DNA of 64,000 bases, from contig JAHRHZ010000082.1 in assembly GCA_024137785.1 (NCBI GenBank), forward strand, positions 186,001-250,000. Reading direction: 5' to 3'. The notes below the pieces were generated by a model. That model did no database searches. It was not told the origin of the DNA and saw only the letters and a program-made list of their open reading frames with translations. The number at the start of each line of letters is the position of its first letter. The stretch's first letter is position 1. The position numbers and the translations under genes are program-made. This DNA comes from Ginglymostoma cirratum (taxonomy: Eukaryota). Positions 50,131-63,884 of this stretch are shown here, piece after piece.

Positions 50131-51619
50131 CCTTAAAAGTGCTACAACAAATATTCTTTCTTGCCAAAATCATTTATTTGTGCCAACAGAAAAAAGAGCA
50201 CTCCTTACTTCGTCTTATCTATACCTGCTACCCTCAAAAGCATGGTTTATAGTTTCTTCCATTCTAATGAATAACAAGATGTAAAGCAATGTTCCCAGCT
50301 TTAAGCACACAGCTATCTTCCTGTTAACATTGGTGAACCATGAGAAATACAGCCAGATGTGACCACAATACGGGTTAGTCTTACAGTAACGAGGTGCAGC
50401 AAAAGCATTGCTCCCACCTATCCACTTGCATATCAATCAAGAAATGAGTCAAAAAACAGGACAAGGAATAGTGTAGCATAATAAGAGTGCAGTTGTTAAT
50501 GTAACACCAACATCAGCAATTACATGCTATTGAGACTCTGAAAATAGGGGATGGAATAACCTACGCTAGAGAATGTATTACAGTAAAATGCAAAATAGTC
50601 TATAAATAAAAGAGTTTGCTGGAGCTTCCATGAGTCAGACAATAATCAATCTTAATGCGCTGTGTCTAGAACTGCCCATTTTGTTTTGTAGTCCAGGAAA
50701 TTCTGAATCTGGGATGCTTGGATAGTTTGGATTCGCAGATGAATAACAGATTCAGGAATTCAGAGTAGGCTTTCTTTGCAGGAAAGAATAATTGAATGAC
50801 CATTGGAAGGGAATATGTGTTAGAAATAAGTAAACACTGTGATGATCAAAAATGTTAAGGTTAATGGTTGCTCTGCTATTGGAATAAGTTGAATAATGGA
50901 GCTGTATGTAGATATTAGAGATATCTGTTAACTAGCATTAAGGGAGAAATTTTGCAAAGGTTTCCCTGAAGTCATTAATTAAGTGTTATGTTTCCAGATT
51001 CTTCGTATAAACTCACTAATCACATATTGATGAATGGGAACAAACACCTCGCCCCTCTTTTATTGAAAATTCACAATACCATAAATAAGTTGTAGGAGAA
51101 GTCAACATGTGCATTTTGCTAGTGAATCAAAAGAACTGCTACTGCTCTGTCACATGCTTTAGGGCATCCCTTCCTGTGGTGATGATGTACATTGCATTAA
51201 AGAGTTACCACAACATCTCTTTATCTTTAATTAGCATCTAACACAAAGAGAATAAATTCACAAAATAGAAATTGCAATGAGCACTATTTACATTTTAAAA
51301 AAAGACCTCATATTAGTTGAGAGTCCACTACAGTCAGCTTTTTATAATGCCTGGACCTTGTAACAGTAAAACTATTTTTTAAGATCCAACATCATTGCTT
51401 GAATTCTTGACTCTTCACCATAGACATATGGGTATCCTATACAATAGGAGAGTACTGGTTGTCTTTCATAGTGGTTGAGGTAACCTTAGATACCTCTGGT
51501 AGAAACCAGGCTCCTCCTGTTTGGTGGCTAACTCAAATCTCTTGCCACGCTTGTAGGCTGGATTTTTTTTCTTCTATATTCATTCGTGGGATGAAGGTAT
51601 CGTTGGCAAGGCTAACATT

Positions 51620-52120
51620 GGGAGTTTCACTAGGTTGATTCTGGAATTGAGAGAGTTGGCTTATGAGGAGAGACTGAGTAAACTGGGGCGATACTCGTTG
51701 GAATTTAGAAGAATGAGAGGGGAATCTTATCTATTCCCTGCATCATTTTATATGTTTTTATAAGATAGAAACAGGGAGGTTGTTTGTACCAGCAGGTGAA
51801 ACTAGAACTAGGGAGCACAGCCTCAAAATAAGGGGAAGCAGATTTAGGACTCAGTTGAGGAAGAACTTTTTCACCCAAAGGGTTGTGAGTCTGCGGAATT
51901 CCCTGCCCAGTAAAGCAGTTGAAGCAACCTCATTGAATATTTATAAGGCAAAAATAAATAGATTTTTGAACAGTAAGGGAATTAAAGAATGTGGTGAGCA
52001 GCCAGCTAAGTGGAGCTGAGTCCACGAACGGATAGCCATGGTGTTATTGAATGGTGGAGCAGGTTCAATGGACTGGATGGCCTGCTCCTGCTCCTATTTC
52101 TTATGTTATCATATGTCCTT
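51620..52120 (+). mobile_element. CR1 3' fragment
   Basis: ORF 51780-52019 TRTREHSLKIRGSRFRTQLRKNFFTQRVVSLRNSLP, canonical CR1 C-terminus; cttatgtt tail. Confidence 0.9.
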
Positions 52121-53309
52121 ACTTGTAGCCATTTGAGAAAGGCTGATCTCCTCTGTCAATGACTGCCTAAGTGATACAAATGTGCCACATGAACAGAGCA
52201 CTTTTTCCTAATTGTCCTCTCAATGATGATGCTATCTCAGCAAAGTTGAGTATATGGGGTTCCAAGAAATGGAATAACCATAGATATCATTGCAAAACAT
52301 CTCAGCCTTGAGTATAGGGACAGGTTCGTACATCTTCTACTTTGTCTGGATCAGGACACATCCCTATGTTAGAATAGAATAAACCATAAAAAGTAACACA
52401 GCTTATATTTACTTTGTACTTTTTGCTGTTCAAAACAAAACTGTATCTTTTAGTCATTTCCGTTAACAAATGAAGATTTCAATCATGCTCTTCCTTAGTG
52501 GTGCCCATAATTGCAATGTCATCTATTATACATGTATCAAACCAGCTCCATTCATTGTTCTCTGCTGTGAAACAAATCACCACAATTCCGATCTTTACTA
52601 TTGCATTTCAACTTCTGTAATATGGTCCTTAAACTTGCTGTGTTACTGAGTTCTTCACACAAATTCCCAATCTCACAATGATAAGTGACAGTAATTACTT
52701 TGGATTCTTATTGTAGAATACTGAAAATACTATATACACAGTACAGGAGAGCTCTTCCTCAGGAATTTGCACAACTCCAACTGCTGTGTCACATGCAGTG
52801 TGTCTTCACTTTCTATAGCAACAATGCACACTGGCTGTTTACATATTCCTTTAAAGCAACATCTCAATATTAAATGAAGTAGAGTGGATTATGAGGTAGA
52901 TTATAAGCAGTGAATGACAGATTGACTATTCTCTTCATTCCCTGTTTGTTTATGTATTTTTGCTCCAAATATCTGCAAGCCTGGTCTAGTCCAAATTTGT
53001 TCATTTTGGTTCCAATACTCCCTCTAAGTCATTACAATAGATAGGAAATAGGATAAGCTTCAAATCTGATAGCTGTGTTCCCTAATTTCAACACCCAAAC
53101 ACTTAATAATTTCCTGCTTACTGTGAGCTTTTGTATTCGGTTCAAGTCAATCCAAGCAGAATATTTCACTTCCTACACAGTGACTTTTGCTATAAATTAT
53201 GATATTGTAACAAGAATACTTACATTTATTTAACTCCCTTCACGTGAAAATATCTCATTTTTTTGTAGTAAATTGCCTTACTTTGACCTGCAGTGGCTAT
53301 TGTTATATA

Positions 53310-55610
53310 GCCATTAATCACTAAGGTGGAACCTTGTCAAAAGCTTGCTGAAAGCTCAAGTATTTATCAGCAGCAGTTTTCCTGACCACCATGTCTGCAA
53401 GAGGTTTGAAAAATCGTGGCAGGTTAGTCAAACATGACACTAACTGTCCCTTAAAAAAATGTGCTTTACCTAGTATGCACCCATTAGATTTTAAAACCAT
53501 CTTGAAGAAGTTCTTATGCCTGTCCTTGTACAGTTTAATCTGTAACAACCTTGGAGGTCTCTTGACCCTGTATTAGCCCCTACTGAATCCTCTCAAATGC
53601 ATTTGAGTTCAGCCAATGTAAGAAAATGTCAAAATTTTGTTATGCTGTTTCCATCTCCATAAAAATGCATAGGTGCTAGCCATCTGGATTTGAGCACTTA
53701 TCCACCTAAAAAACAGCTTCATCATGGTGTATCCAATGTCTCCATATCTTTTTTTTCTTTACTTGGAATCACTGATAGGTTCATTTATGGCACAGAAGGA
53801 GTCCATTGGCATACTGAGTCTATGCTGGCTCCCCACAGATAAATCCAGTTATTCCACCCCTTTTTTTGGTCACTGTGGGCCTGCAGGTTTATTTCCCTCA
53901 AGTTCCCATCCAATTTTCTTTTGAAATCATTGACTGTTTCTGCGTCCACCACTCAAGGGCAGTCAGTTCCAGGTTATCACTCATCGTGTAGAAAAGGTCT
54001 TCCTCACATTCCCTGGATCTTTTGCCCAAAATGTTACATCTTTGGCCCCTGGGCATGTACAATCATGTAAAAGGAAGCATGTTTCCTTGTCTACCATACC
54101 TAGGCCTGCCATAATCTTGTACACCTGTCAAATCTCCCCTCAATCCTCTTTGCTTAAAGGAAAAGAACTGCAGCCTTTCTAATCTAACCTTGTAAACTGT
54201 ACCTCCCCATTTCTATTTATGAAGCCCAAGATCCCATACACTTTGTTAACGACATCCATCTGCCAAAACGCATCCCCTCTGCCACTTATCTAGCCATTCT
54301 GCCAGCGTATGTCCTGTTGCAGGCAATTCATACCATCTACCACAACCTGCTGCTATCTGTCCCTAAGCCAAATTTTTATTCAATTGCACACAGGTCTTCC
54401 ACTTGCCTAAGCCTCAATATTGTTTACGAGCCCTTACACCGCATCTTGTAAACACTTAATCCATATCAACAACATGTGCCATATTTCCTTTCTGTTACAT
54501 CATTGAAAAGTTGAATTAGATTAGTCAAACATGTTCTACCTTTTACAAACCTGCCCTGACTTTCATTCATTAATTTATGCCTCTCCAAAAGCCTGTTGAT
54601 GTTTTTTCCCAATTCCAAGTCCACTACTAATGTTAAACTAATCGGTCTTATAGCTAGGATTGTCCATGCATCTTATCATGAATACGAGATATCACATTTG
54701 CCACTCTCCAATCCTCTGGCACTTACCTCATATTTAGGCAAGCTATACAAATTAAGACATTCTTTCTTTCTTTCTTTCTTTCTGGCATCGTCACTCCCAC
54801 TCGTTTAGGATACTTGCCATCTAGATCAAGCAATTTACCTACCCTAAGCATGTTACAACAGGGAATGGCCGAACCCCTCTGATAATTAAAATAAAACACA
54901 AGCCCTAATCTGCTTTGACAGGAGTAGGGGTTTCCCTCTGATAATTACCCCCAAAACACCCAGAGAAGCCCATCTCTCCCCTCATAATCTGTTTAAAAAA
55001 AAATGGTTAAAAGAAATAAAATCCCTGATCTCCACTTCACGAGTAACAAGAAAAAATTATTTACTTAACCCAATAATGAACACTTCAACAAAATTATGAA
55101 CAAGCCAACAATTCCCCTCTTGACTACGAATTACTCCCTAACTGGCCCAAATTCTACTGGAATGCTGTTTAAATAACGACAAGTCCCACTAATATAAACC
55201 CAATTAATAAGAAGCAATAAATTATAACTTAATTTCTCCAAGTTCACACAGATTGTCTTCTGGAATCTGCTTTCATCTCTGCTGTCTTCACAAATGCCTT
55301 TCTTCCGTTAATTCTGTTGTCAGGCTCTCTGAACTGGCAACTTCAGCTGCTGCTCACAGTCATACTTTTTTTTAATATTTCTAATTACAGACAAAGCACA
55401 AATCTCTGAAAGGAACGACACATTTTAGCTTCCTGCCTTTCAATTCACAATTACTCTACCCAACTTTGTAACAAGCATAGCCCACCTTTCCAGTACAACT
55501 TCCTTTTCAATTTTAACACTATCTATTGTCTCCATTATCATTATGTCTACTGATATTTTGTCAAATTTATCTTGCTCGATGAACCCCTAGCCTTGTTCTC
55601 TGCATCTGAG
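53310..55610 (-). mobile_element. Cluster of decayed CR1 fragments (nested; interrupted by solo LTR)
   Basis: Minus ORF 53321-53548 SCLTNLPRFF..FQQAFDKVP; CR1 3' end near 53770-54200; further RT remnants 54300-54840. Confidence 0.7.
54851..55473. mobile_element. Solo LTR with 4-bp TSD
   Basis: Perfect 8-bp inverted ends TGTTACAA...TTGTAACA; AGCA at 54847-54850 and 55474-55477. Confidence 0.85.
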
Positions 55611-55611
55611 C

Positions 55612-55840
55612 ATGTAAAAGGTAATGTCGCTATAGTCTTGCCAGATGATAGGGCTGCTCTGTCATTAAAGAGAGACACTGGTTATGATTTAATCTGAGGT
55701 CCAACATGCCTCAGGCACAGGAAGAGGTTGAAAAGGAGAATCCTTCATGGTAATGTTAGCAGCTGCGAAACTTGAATCTGCTCTGTTAACACCACTCTGT
55801 GTTGCAAACCAGCCATCCAGCCAAATATGCTAACTGAACC
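55612..55840 (-). mobile_element. tRNA-derived SINE, decayed
   Basis: - strand head GGTTCAGTTAGCATATTTGGCTGGATGGCTGGTTTGC (A-box-like) with degenerate B box GATTCAAGTT. Confidence 0.55.
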
Positions 55841-56069
55841 TTTGTTCCTAACAGGATCCATGGCACTTCTCACTACCCAACTCCTATTTACAAGCTGGTA
55901 GATTTTGTGTTCCCCTTTACATTGACTGCCTTTCTATTTTCATACTTTCTTTTTCAGTTTTTCCTCTTCACCTCCACATTCAACCTGTTGTACTTGACCT
56001 GTGTCTCACATGAAGAATTCACCTGTTTTTCATGATCAACTGTTTTCTGTTTCAACGTGATCTTTGTTA

Positions 56070-56235
56070 CCATAAAATAAGAACTGTGGATACTGGAGAC
56101 CTGAAACAAAAACTTGACAAAGCTCAGCAAGTCTGGCAGCATTTGTGGGAAGAAAGCAGAGTTCGCATTTCAAGTCCGGTGATTCTTCATCAGAAATTCA
56201 TGATTTTCACCGGCATTTTTCTGTTTTTAATCTCA
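56070..56235. mobile_element. Penelope pLTR unit (-) with short inverted arm
   Basis: aagctcagcaagtctggcagcatttgtggg...gattcttcatcagaa (- strand CTGATGA core), followed by ttttcaccggcatttttctgttttt. Confidence 0.65.
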
Positions 56236-56449
56236 GTTTCCTCAATGAAGGAACCTTCTTTATACCTTACCTTTCACTCTTGTTAGGACATACCTAGCTT
56301 ACACCTGAAGCATCTTTTTCTGAAAGAGCACATTAGTTCCAGAGTAGCTTTTCCTATCATCTCCTATCAACTTTATTATGGTGAGATTCTCTTTCATCTT
56401 GGATTTTATGTTAGATTGTTCCTTGCTTTTTCCTGTTAGTTATACAACA

Positions 56450-57130
56450 GAAAGACTTAGGGGTTCAGGTACACAGTTGCTTGAATGTTGCATCGTTAGT
56501 AGACAGGGTGGTTAAGAAGGCATTCAGCACGCTTGCTTTCATTGCTCGGACCATTGAGTATGAGAGTTGGGACAGCATGTTATGGTTATACTGAACGTTG
56601 ATGAGGCCACTTTTAAAGTACTGTGTACAGTTCTGGTCACCCTATAATAGGAAGGATATTATGAAATTAGAGAGGATTCACAAAAGATTTACAAAAATGT
56701 TGCCCGTCCTAGAGGATTTGAGTTATAGGGAGAGGCTGAATTGGCTGGAACTTTTTTTCACTGGAGTGTAGGAAGTTTAGGGGTGACTTTATAGAGGATA
56801 AGGTGACTCGTGAAGGTCTTTTCCCTAGGGTAGGGGAGTGCAAATCTACAGGGTATAGTTTAAGGTGAGAGGGGAAAGATTTAAAAGGGAACAGAGGGCA
56901 ATTTTTTCACACAGAGGGTGTTTCGTATGTGGAATAAATGGCTAGAAAACGTGGTAGAGGTGGGTACACTTACAACGTATAAGAGACATTTGGACAGGTA
57001 CATGAATAGGAAAGGTTTGCAGGGATATGGGCCAAACACAGGCAAATGGGACTCTTTGCGAAACTTGGTCAGCATGGATGAGTTGGACTGAAGGGTCTGT
57101 TTCTGTGCTGTGTGAATTTGTGACCCTATT
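56450..57130 (+). mobile_element. CR1 (HER1-like) 3' fragment
   Basis: YCVQFWSP.-type motif; 3' part closely similar to 12360-12714 (aaggtgagaggggaaagatttaaaaggga). Confidence 0.88.
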
Positions 57131-57149
57131 CATCTAGACCATACGGTAT

Positions 57150-57500
57150 AGAGCTGTAGAGGATTACAAACAGAAAAAGGCCCTTCAGCCCACTGAGTCT
57201 TTGCCATACAAAAACAACCAGCTAACTATTCTAATCCCACTTTGCAGCACTGGAGCCTTGTATTCCTTGGCATCACAAGTGCACAACTAAATATTTCTTA
57301 AACGTTGTGAGGGTTTTTGCCTTTGCCACCCTTTTTCAGGCAGGGAGTTCCATTACTTCTGAATGGTCTGGCCCTAATTTTTAGACTATGGCCCCTAGTT
57401 CTAGAACCTCCAAACAGTGGAAATAGTTTATTTTTACCTGCGCTATCCTTTCCCGTTAATATCTTGAAGATTTCAATCAGATCACCCTTTAACCTTTAAT
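57150..57500 (-). mobile_element. CR1 3' fragments
   Basis: ggcccttcagccca tail and gatttcaatcagatcacccttt (~RGDLIE on - strand). Confidence 0.65.
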
Positions 57501-60049
57501 TTGTCCTCATGACTTAATCCTTGAAGTCCAAGTATCATTTTTTTATATGCTTGTTGCAAAGCCATATTCCTCCGATGATTGACCAAATCACTTTGTTGCA
57601 GATGCAGAGGTACAGAGCAGTAGGAAGACAGTACTTTGTCTTGCACAGTGCCTAGACAAGTTACTTTCATTAATACAGGAAGAAACCTGTTCACACGCTT
57701 CCAGAGAAGCCATTGCCTGTGAGAGGAAATTGCAATCAAGATGTTTATTCAAGTAGTTTTGACCACCTTATTGGCCCTTCAATTTTCTTGTCTGGTTAAA
57801 AGCATCTTAGTTTCAAAAAGAGCCCGGTGTATAAAATCATCAGTCAGGACATTTTTCCTGTCCATTCCCGATATTATCCATGTTCCATGCTGTCTATCAC
57901 CTAATGATCTCTCCACATACTGACCTAGACCATTTGTATGCAGCCAGGAACACCAGAGGCATTAAAATGCCTTGCAGCACTTATTTACTTGAAAATTCTA
58001 CTCAAGATTGGAAAGCAACCCAGGTCTAAACATGCATGGGAAGTTTATGTAAATCACAATGTATACAATCATCAAAATTGCATCACTAAATGAAGACAAT
58101 TCAAATTTAGTGCCGGAGGGCCGTGACATTCTCATAATACTACCAGTGAAGCAAGTAATGCTCACAAGACTAAAAGTCTGTTCAAGCCCAGAATGTGTGA
58201 TAGTATTTCTATGACTGTAATGTGTTTATTTATTTTCCAAGTAAGGGCTAAAAATGTTGGCTTACCTCAGACTGAATGTGTAGATAATATACAATAAAAT
58301 TATCAAGTAAGATATTATTTGTCTAGACTCAAAGAATGGCAATTTAAAATGAAAGTTGAATAGGTTATAATAGTAATGAAAATTAGTGTGTTCTTTTGCT
58401 TTGTTTTTGAGTTCTACATCTCGATTTCATTGAAGAAGTGGGGATGATGTGTTACATTAAAGGATATTATCCTGTACTGTGCTTAGGTCTTTCACAGCTA
58501 CGATCAAAACATATAAGCAATCTACTGCAAAAGAAAGGGAGCCTTGAACAGGCCATTTCCAACACTGTCTTAACGATTTCCTGTCCACAAGAAGCCCATC
58601 ATTTAGTGATTCATTTCGTAATTTGTTTTCCTACCCCTGGATTTAGAGATAAGGAGGTTGCAATCTGCTATGCTTAACAATGCTCTCAAAATCTAGATAG
58701 TATGATCTTATCTCCATCTTTCCACTCACATAACGCACATTTCATTGTCACTCGAAAGTCCCATCAGACCAATCTACTTTAATGCTCCAACTCAACAAAA
58801 AAAGCTAGGTCACCCAGAGTGCAAAGGAAAAGGCTCACAGTGACCCCTATCTGTTGAGTACTGAACAAGTCTAATGCCCTACTCCCAGAATCATTACTTT
58901 TGGAGACTCCAAAAATAATCGATACAGTGTGCTGTCCTACTGATCACCCTACCAACATGGAATATCATTTTTGTGTGGAAAGTCTACCCTTCCTTGTGTC
59001 AATAGGATCTTTTGTGGAAATTCATAGCTAGTGCATCAGATTTTTGAACTTGAGGTAAATAGCTTAAGATGGAATATTTCCTGACTCACTATACTTGCTT
59101 GGGTGAAACATATGCCGATTTGCCCAATTTTCATGGTGGAGGTGGGAGGAAGGTTTGGATCACAGATTGTTGGTGACTGGATGGATGGTAGCTGCGGGCA
59201 AGTGCCAAGGCACATCTACTAACTACCATACTTCCGTTATCTGTGATTTTACCCCAGTCGATTGGGAAACTGTGAGATTGTCTTACCACACACATTCCAT
59301 GGCCTCTTCCTACCAACTCATTCCCCCATTCAGTCATACCTCTCAGCCAGCCACTCCCTGAACTCCGCACCTGTTGCTCCCCATACCATCCCTGCTAACT
59401 CCACAACTATTCACACAGTGTACGCCTCAGGCAATAATCCTCTTGCACTGTGAGCCACTCTCCACTCCCTGATCCCAGTGCAACCTAGTCATTGGTTCCA
59501 TCACAAGAACCCTCCTTTCCCATTGTCTTATACTTAAATCCTCTGAATTGTTTCCAGATCCGCTGTTCAATTCCCATTGCTCCCATATTCTAACAACCCC
59601 TTTTGCTATTCCCATTAGATGCAAGCACCCTACAATGGATTTCATACTCCAACATCCAACCATCAATCTTGTTGTAACTTCTGCCTCATTAAATTCATGC
59701 CCCAAAACCCTCTGGAAGTGCTTCAAGACCCACTACCACTATCACATCCCTCGGTACCACTTCTCTCATTCTCAAACTGCAAGGTTCCAGATGACTATTA
59801 TATATGAAACAACCCAATCCTCAGAACCCCACACCTTTCTACTCCCATCTCCTGCATCACAATACTCTCAAGATGCAGTGCTCCTTCAGCAATACTCCGA
59901 TCATACTTCTCTGCTTCTCCCACGTCCATAATACACCCACACATTGAAACTCTTCCTGTATATCCTATGCTGAAAATGGCGAGGGTGATATTTGAGTTCA
60001 TTTCTCCACAAACACAAACAAATCGAGGCAACAGTTTAAGATTTCAGCG

Positions 60050-60290
60050 CTGAAATAAAAGCAAAGAACTGTGGAGATCTGAAGTACAAACAGAAAGTGC
60101 TGGAAAATGCTCAACAAGTCTAGCCATTTCTATAGACAGAGAAATAATGTTAATGTTTGAATTCAATATGACTCTTCTTAGGAGCCCAGAATCCAAAGAA
60201 GGGTCTTTTGAACTCAAAACTTTGACCCTGTTTCTCTCTCCACAGATGCTACCAGATCTGCTGAGTTTCTGCAGCTTTTTCTGTTTGGAA
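60050..60290. mobile_element. Inverted pair of Penelope pLTR units, older
   Basis: aaacagaaagtgctggaaaatgctcaacaagtctag / ccagatctgctgagtttctgcagctttttctgttt; decayed hammerhead stems at the centre. Confidence 0.7.
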
Positions 60291-61539
60291 TTTAAAATTT
60301 CCACAAAATTAAGAATATAATCATAGAATATTGTGTCATAAAAAGGCAGCTGGACATTCCACTTACTCTGCCTATTATAATCTATTCTACATTACTCAGC
60401 ATAAAGCAGTGTATCATTTTACTTACTCAGTAATACCACAGGCGGTCTGCTTTGATTATAGATTTTGATAAGTAGAAATGATGTACGACAGAAACACAAG
60501 CTACTACATCAACAAAAACAAAAGAATCAAATACTGCTCTGTGGTGTGCCACAGTATTCTGTCTCAGGCGGACAATTTTGTTACTGGGTTGTGGGTGGAC
60601 ATGGCAAAGTCATACTTGTTTCCAACCCTGCCTGTGCTGGGCTTCCTTCCTTGTAGCCATGTTACTGTTACAACTTTTCAGAAGTTAGACCAGCATCAGT
60701 AAATGAACATTTCTCCAAATCTTGGTGCTGCATAATTTGGAGAGGAATTTGATCATGATTGTAGTTCGCTAAGCCATTGTTCTAGAACAATAATGGGAGT
60801 TGGCCTGGGCCCATGCACGTTGGGTTGCCTGTACTTTGCACACATCAGAAAACTGGTTTAGAACAGACTGAACATAGAGTGAAGAACGTGGCCAATTTCA
60901 TTAGGTTTACCCTACTAATATAATCTGGTCTACCTAAATGCAGGCCCAGAAAATACCCCTATATTATCCTTTCCTTCTTTCTTACGTTTAAATACAAATT
61001 AAAATGCAGTTAAATTAATTTGTGAGGGATTTTTTTCCAATCCTTAGAGCTGTCTCTTTTATGATGCTTCTATACTATTTGCTTCATAATTTGAATTAAG
61101 TATATTTATGCACTCCAAAACCCAGCCCAAATCTGACTTGAAACTAGCCTCAGGCATTTATCTGTTATAAATAGCATCCTTGCATTACACTAGGATTCCC
61201 ACGCCGTCATCATGTCCCTAGTCTGTAATAAAGCAGAGCTCTAAATTGGGATTCTCATACTTGTTTCTGGTTTTCTTTCCATTAAACCTTAGGATTTCTT
61301 CATTCTATTTGCTAATATTAGTTTTGAAATAAAGTCACCGATGGGTATAAAATGGAAAACCAGTTTTTATTTTCTGTTAATATGAGTGATTTGAGGAAAA
61401 TAAACTGCATTAAATGGGATATAATAATCTTTTTGTTAAGCTTGTTTCAGTCTCCAGTTCATCCTCCTACCTTGTTGTCTCTTATAAATAAATCCATTCC
61501 TCTAGAGATTGAACAAATAACAAAGCTTCTAACTCTTGT

Positions 61540-62560
61540 GTTTCCTTGAGGGCCACTATTTATGATCTAGTCCATGACTTAGGTGAGAGGATGAGAAATT
61601 GATTGTAATGTCTGTGAATTTTCTGACAATTCAACCTGGTTGGGAAATTAAGTTGTGAGGAGGACACAGAGAGGCTGCAAAGGAATATATATCGAATGAG
61701 TGGTCAAGAACTTTGCAAGTGGACTCTGCCATTGGTGATATGTGAAGTTATCAAATTGGTAGGAAAAGAGCATGTTTTCCAAAACGTGAAAATCCTGGAG
61801 ATTTTGGTGTTCAAAGGGGCCTGGGTATCTTTGGAAATGAATCACACACCAAGTTAGCACGCAGGTGTAATGAACACTTGGGAAAACAAATTGTATGTTA
61901 GTCCTGTATTTCAAAGGAATTGGAATACAAATGCAAAGGGAGTGCAGTCAAGGAAACTGAGTTTCAGGGGCTATATAATGGGTCAATATTACCCATTTTG
62001 CACTAACTCCCAACATGAATTTCTACCCCCAGAAGTCTTAGTGCAGTTCTAAAAGGCCTTGATGTGAACTATCCTGGAGAGCTGTGTTAAATCTTGCAGC
62101 TTATCTGACAAACAATATATTTGCCATGATGAAGTGCAACAAAAGTCCATTGGACCTACTTTCTGGGATAACAGAACAAAAACCTATTAGGAAAGATTAT
62201 GTAAGCTGGACCTATTTTCCCCAGAGTTTAGAAGAATGTCAGATGATCTTATTGAAACATATGTATTTCTTCAGGGGCTTTACAGGACAAATGCTGAGAA
62301 GCTGTTTCTTCTGGCAAGATCCAGGGGGCACAGTCTCAGAATAAGGGGTCAGTCATGTAGACTGCAATGAGGACAACTTCCTTCATGTAAAATGGTCATG
62401 AACCTTTGATATCATCTACTACAGAGGGGCAGGGATGCTCCGTCATTGCACATATTCCAGACAGCTACTGATGGATTCTTGAGAATATAATGGCTGGATA
62501 GATATTAAGGGCAACTAGCCTACTCCTGTGCCTTTTTACTGTGTCCTTGTGTTTTCATTG
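61540..62560 (+). mobile_element. CR1 RT/3' fragments
   Basis: gggccactatttatgatcta..ttttctgacaat (~GPLF..FADD) and gatcttattgaaacatat...gggcacagtctcagaataagggg; interrupted about 61950-62110. Confidence 0.75.
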
Positions 62561-63884
62561 TCCTAGTTTATTAGACTTAGGGAAAGACTTTAAAGATCCT
62601 TCTATTAAACATAGCTAATGATGGAAACTGGGCAACTGTTATCATCGCACAGTTCAGTTGAGGAAGAAGTTCATATTTTAAATGAATATGGTCTTAACCA
62701 TATGGGAAAGGTTGAGTATTTACATCAAGCTGGACTAACCTCACAAGGCCTGTTTAAGGGATTTCCACATTTTTAAATGAGTTCAATCAAAACAAGGACA
62801 TATGCAGCTCTGAATGACACACAGTTCCTTCTGGGAGGAGTGTGGAACCATAATTGCATGGAGTAATAGCCAAGAACTCTTCAGTAGAGTCATGTAGCTT
62901 CAAATTCTAACAGTTTCTTATCAACAACTTGAGAATTTTCTTGTCTGAATATTACAGTTTGAATGAAAATAGCAAGATAAATTGGTGTTTACTGACATCT
63001 GGCACTGTCTATCAATGTTTACTCTCTCTTTTTAATTATATATTTAAATCATAGATTCTAGAGATCTTGGGGAGAGTATTTGAGATAAGGGCAGTAAGGA
63101 ACAATCTACCTGTACAGTCCTTTCTGTAGCCATAGTGTGGGCTGGTATTCAAGGAGAGAGCTCAAATTCTTATTGGAGGTGTCAAAAATTTCAGAAAGAG
63201 TGCAGAGCAAAGAAACATTTGAGAAAAGTTACCCCCAGTCATTGCAGGGTGAAAGGACCATGAAGTAGGATAGGAATCTGATGATCCTGTTGTAATTAGG
63301 TGGCTCTAATTGTGATATTTACTATTCTTGGTTTTCTGTTTGGAGCTCGGAACAAGAGCCAAGCTAGTTTGCAATTTTAAATTTAAGTAATAGAGTCTAA
63401 TCCTTTCAGATTGTGTTCATCATAAAGCCAAAAGTAAGGAGCATTGTTCAAGAAAGAAATGAACTGTTCCAACCCATAGGTGAACCCATGGTTCATAATT
63501 TGTCAGACAAAGTATTTGGAAGCAGTTATTCTGGTTTGTGGTGAGAAATGACTGCTGGAATACTGCAGAAATGCATCTTCTACCTACCAGATGGAAACCA
63601 ATCTCTTCAATGTGTAAACCCACAAAAACATTTCTGCTCATTTAACATTCAGTGATATGTTTCATAAAATGTGTCATAAAATCTCAGAATTTTGAGGGGG
63701 GGAAATGGGTAGGAGGCCATTCAGCCCATCATGTTCTTGCATTATCATAAGTGTTGATTGTTATCAAATTAAACCCTCACAAAAGCAAATGCAGATTAAT
63801 TCTGCAGCATCAAGGTAGCCATCAGATAACAAATGGTTCAATGCACATATACATCACATTGCGGTAACTTGTTAGTATGATTTT

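Noticed and set aside
59100-60010. Cluster of overlapping 60-130 aa ORFs
   Set aside because: C/A-skewed low-complexity sequence, probably a DNA-transposon interior; no domain or splice support.
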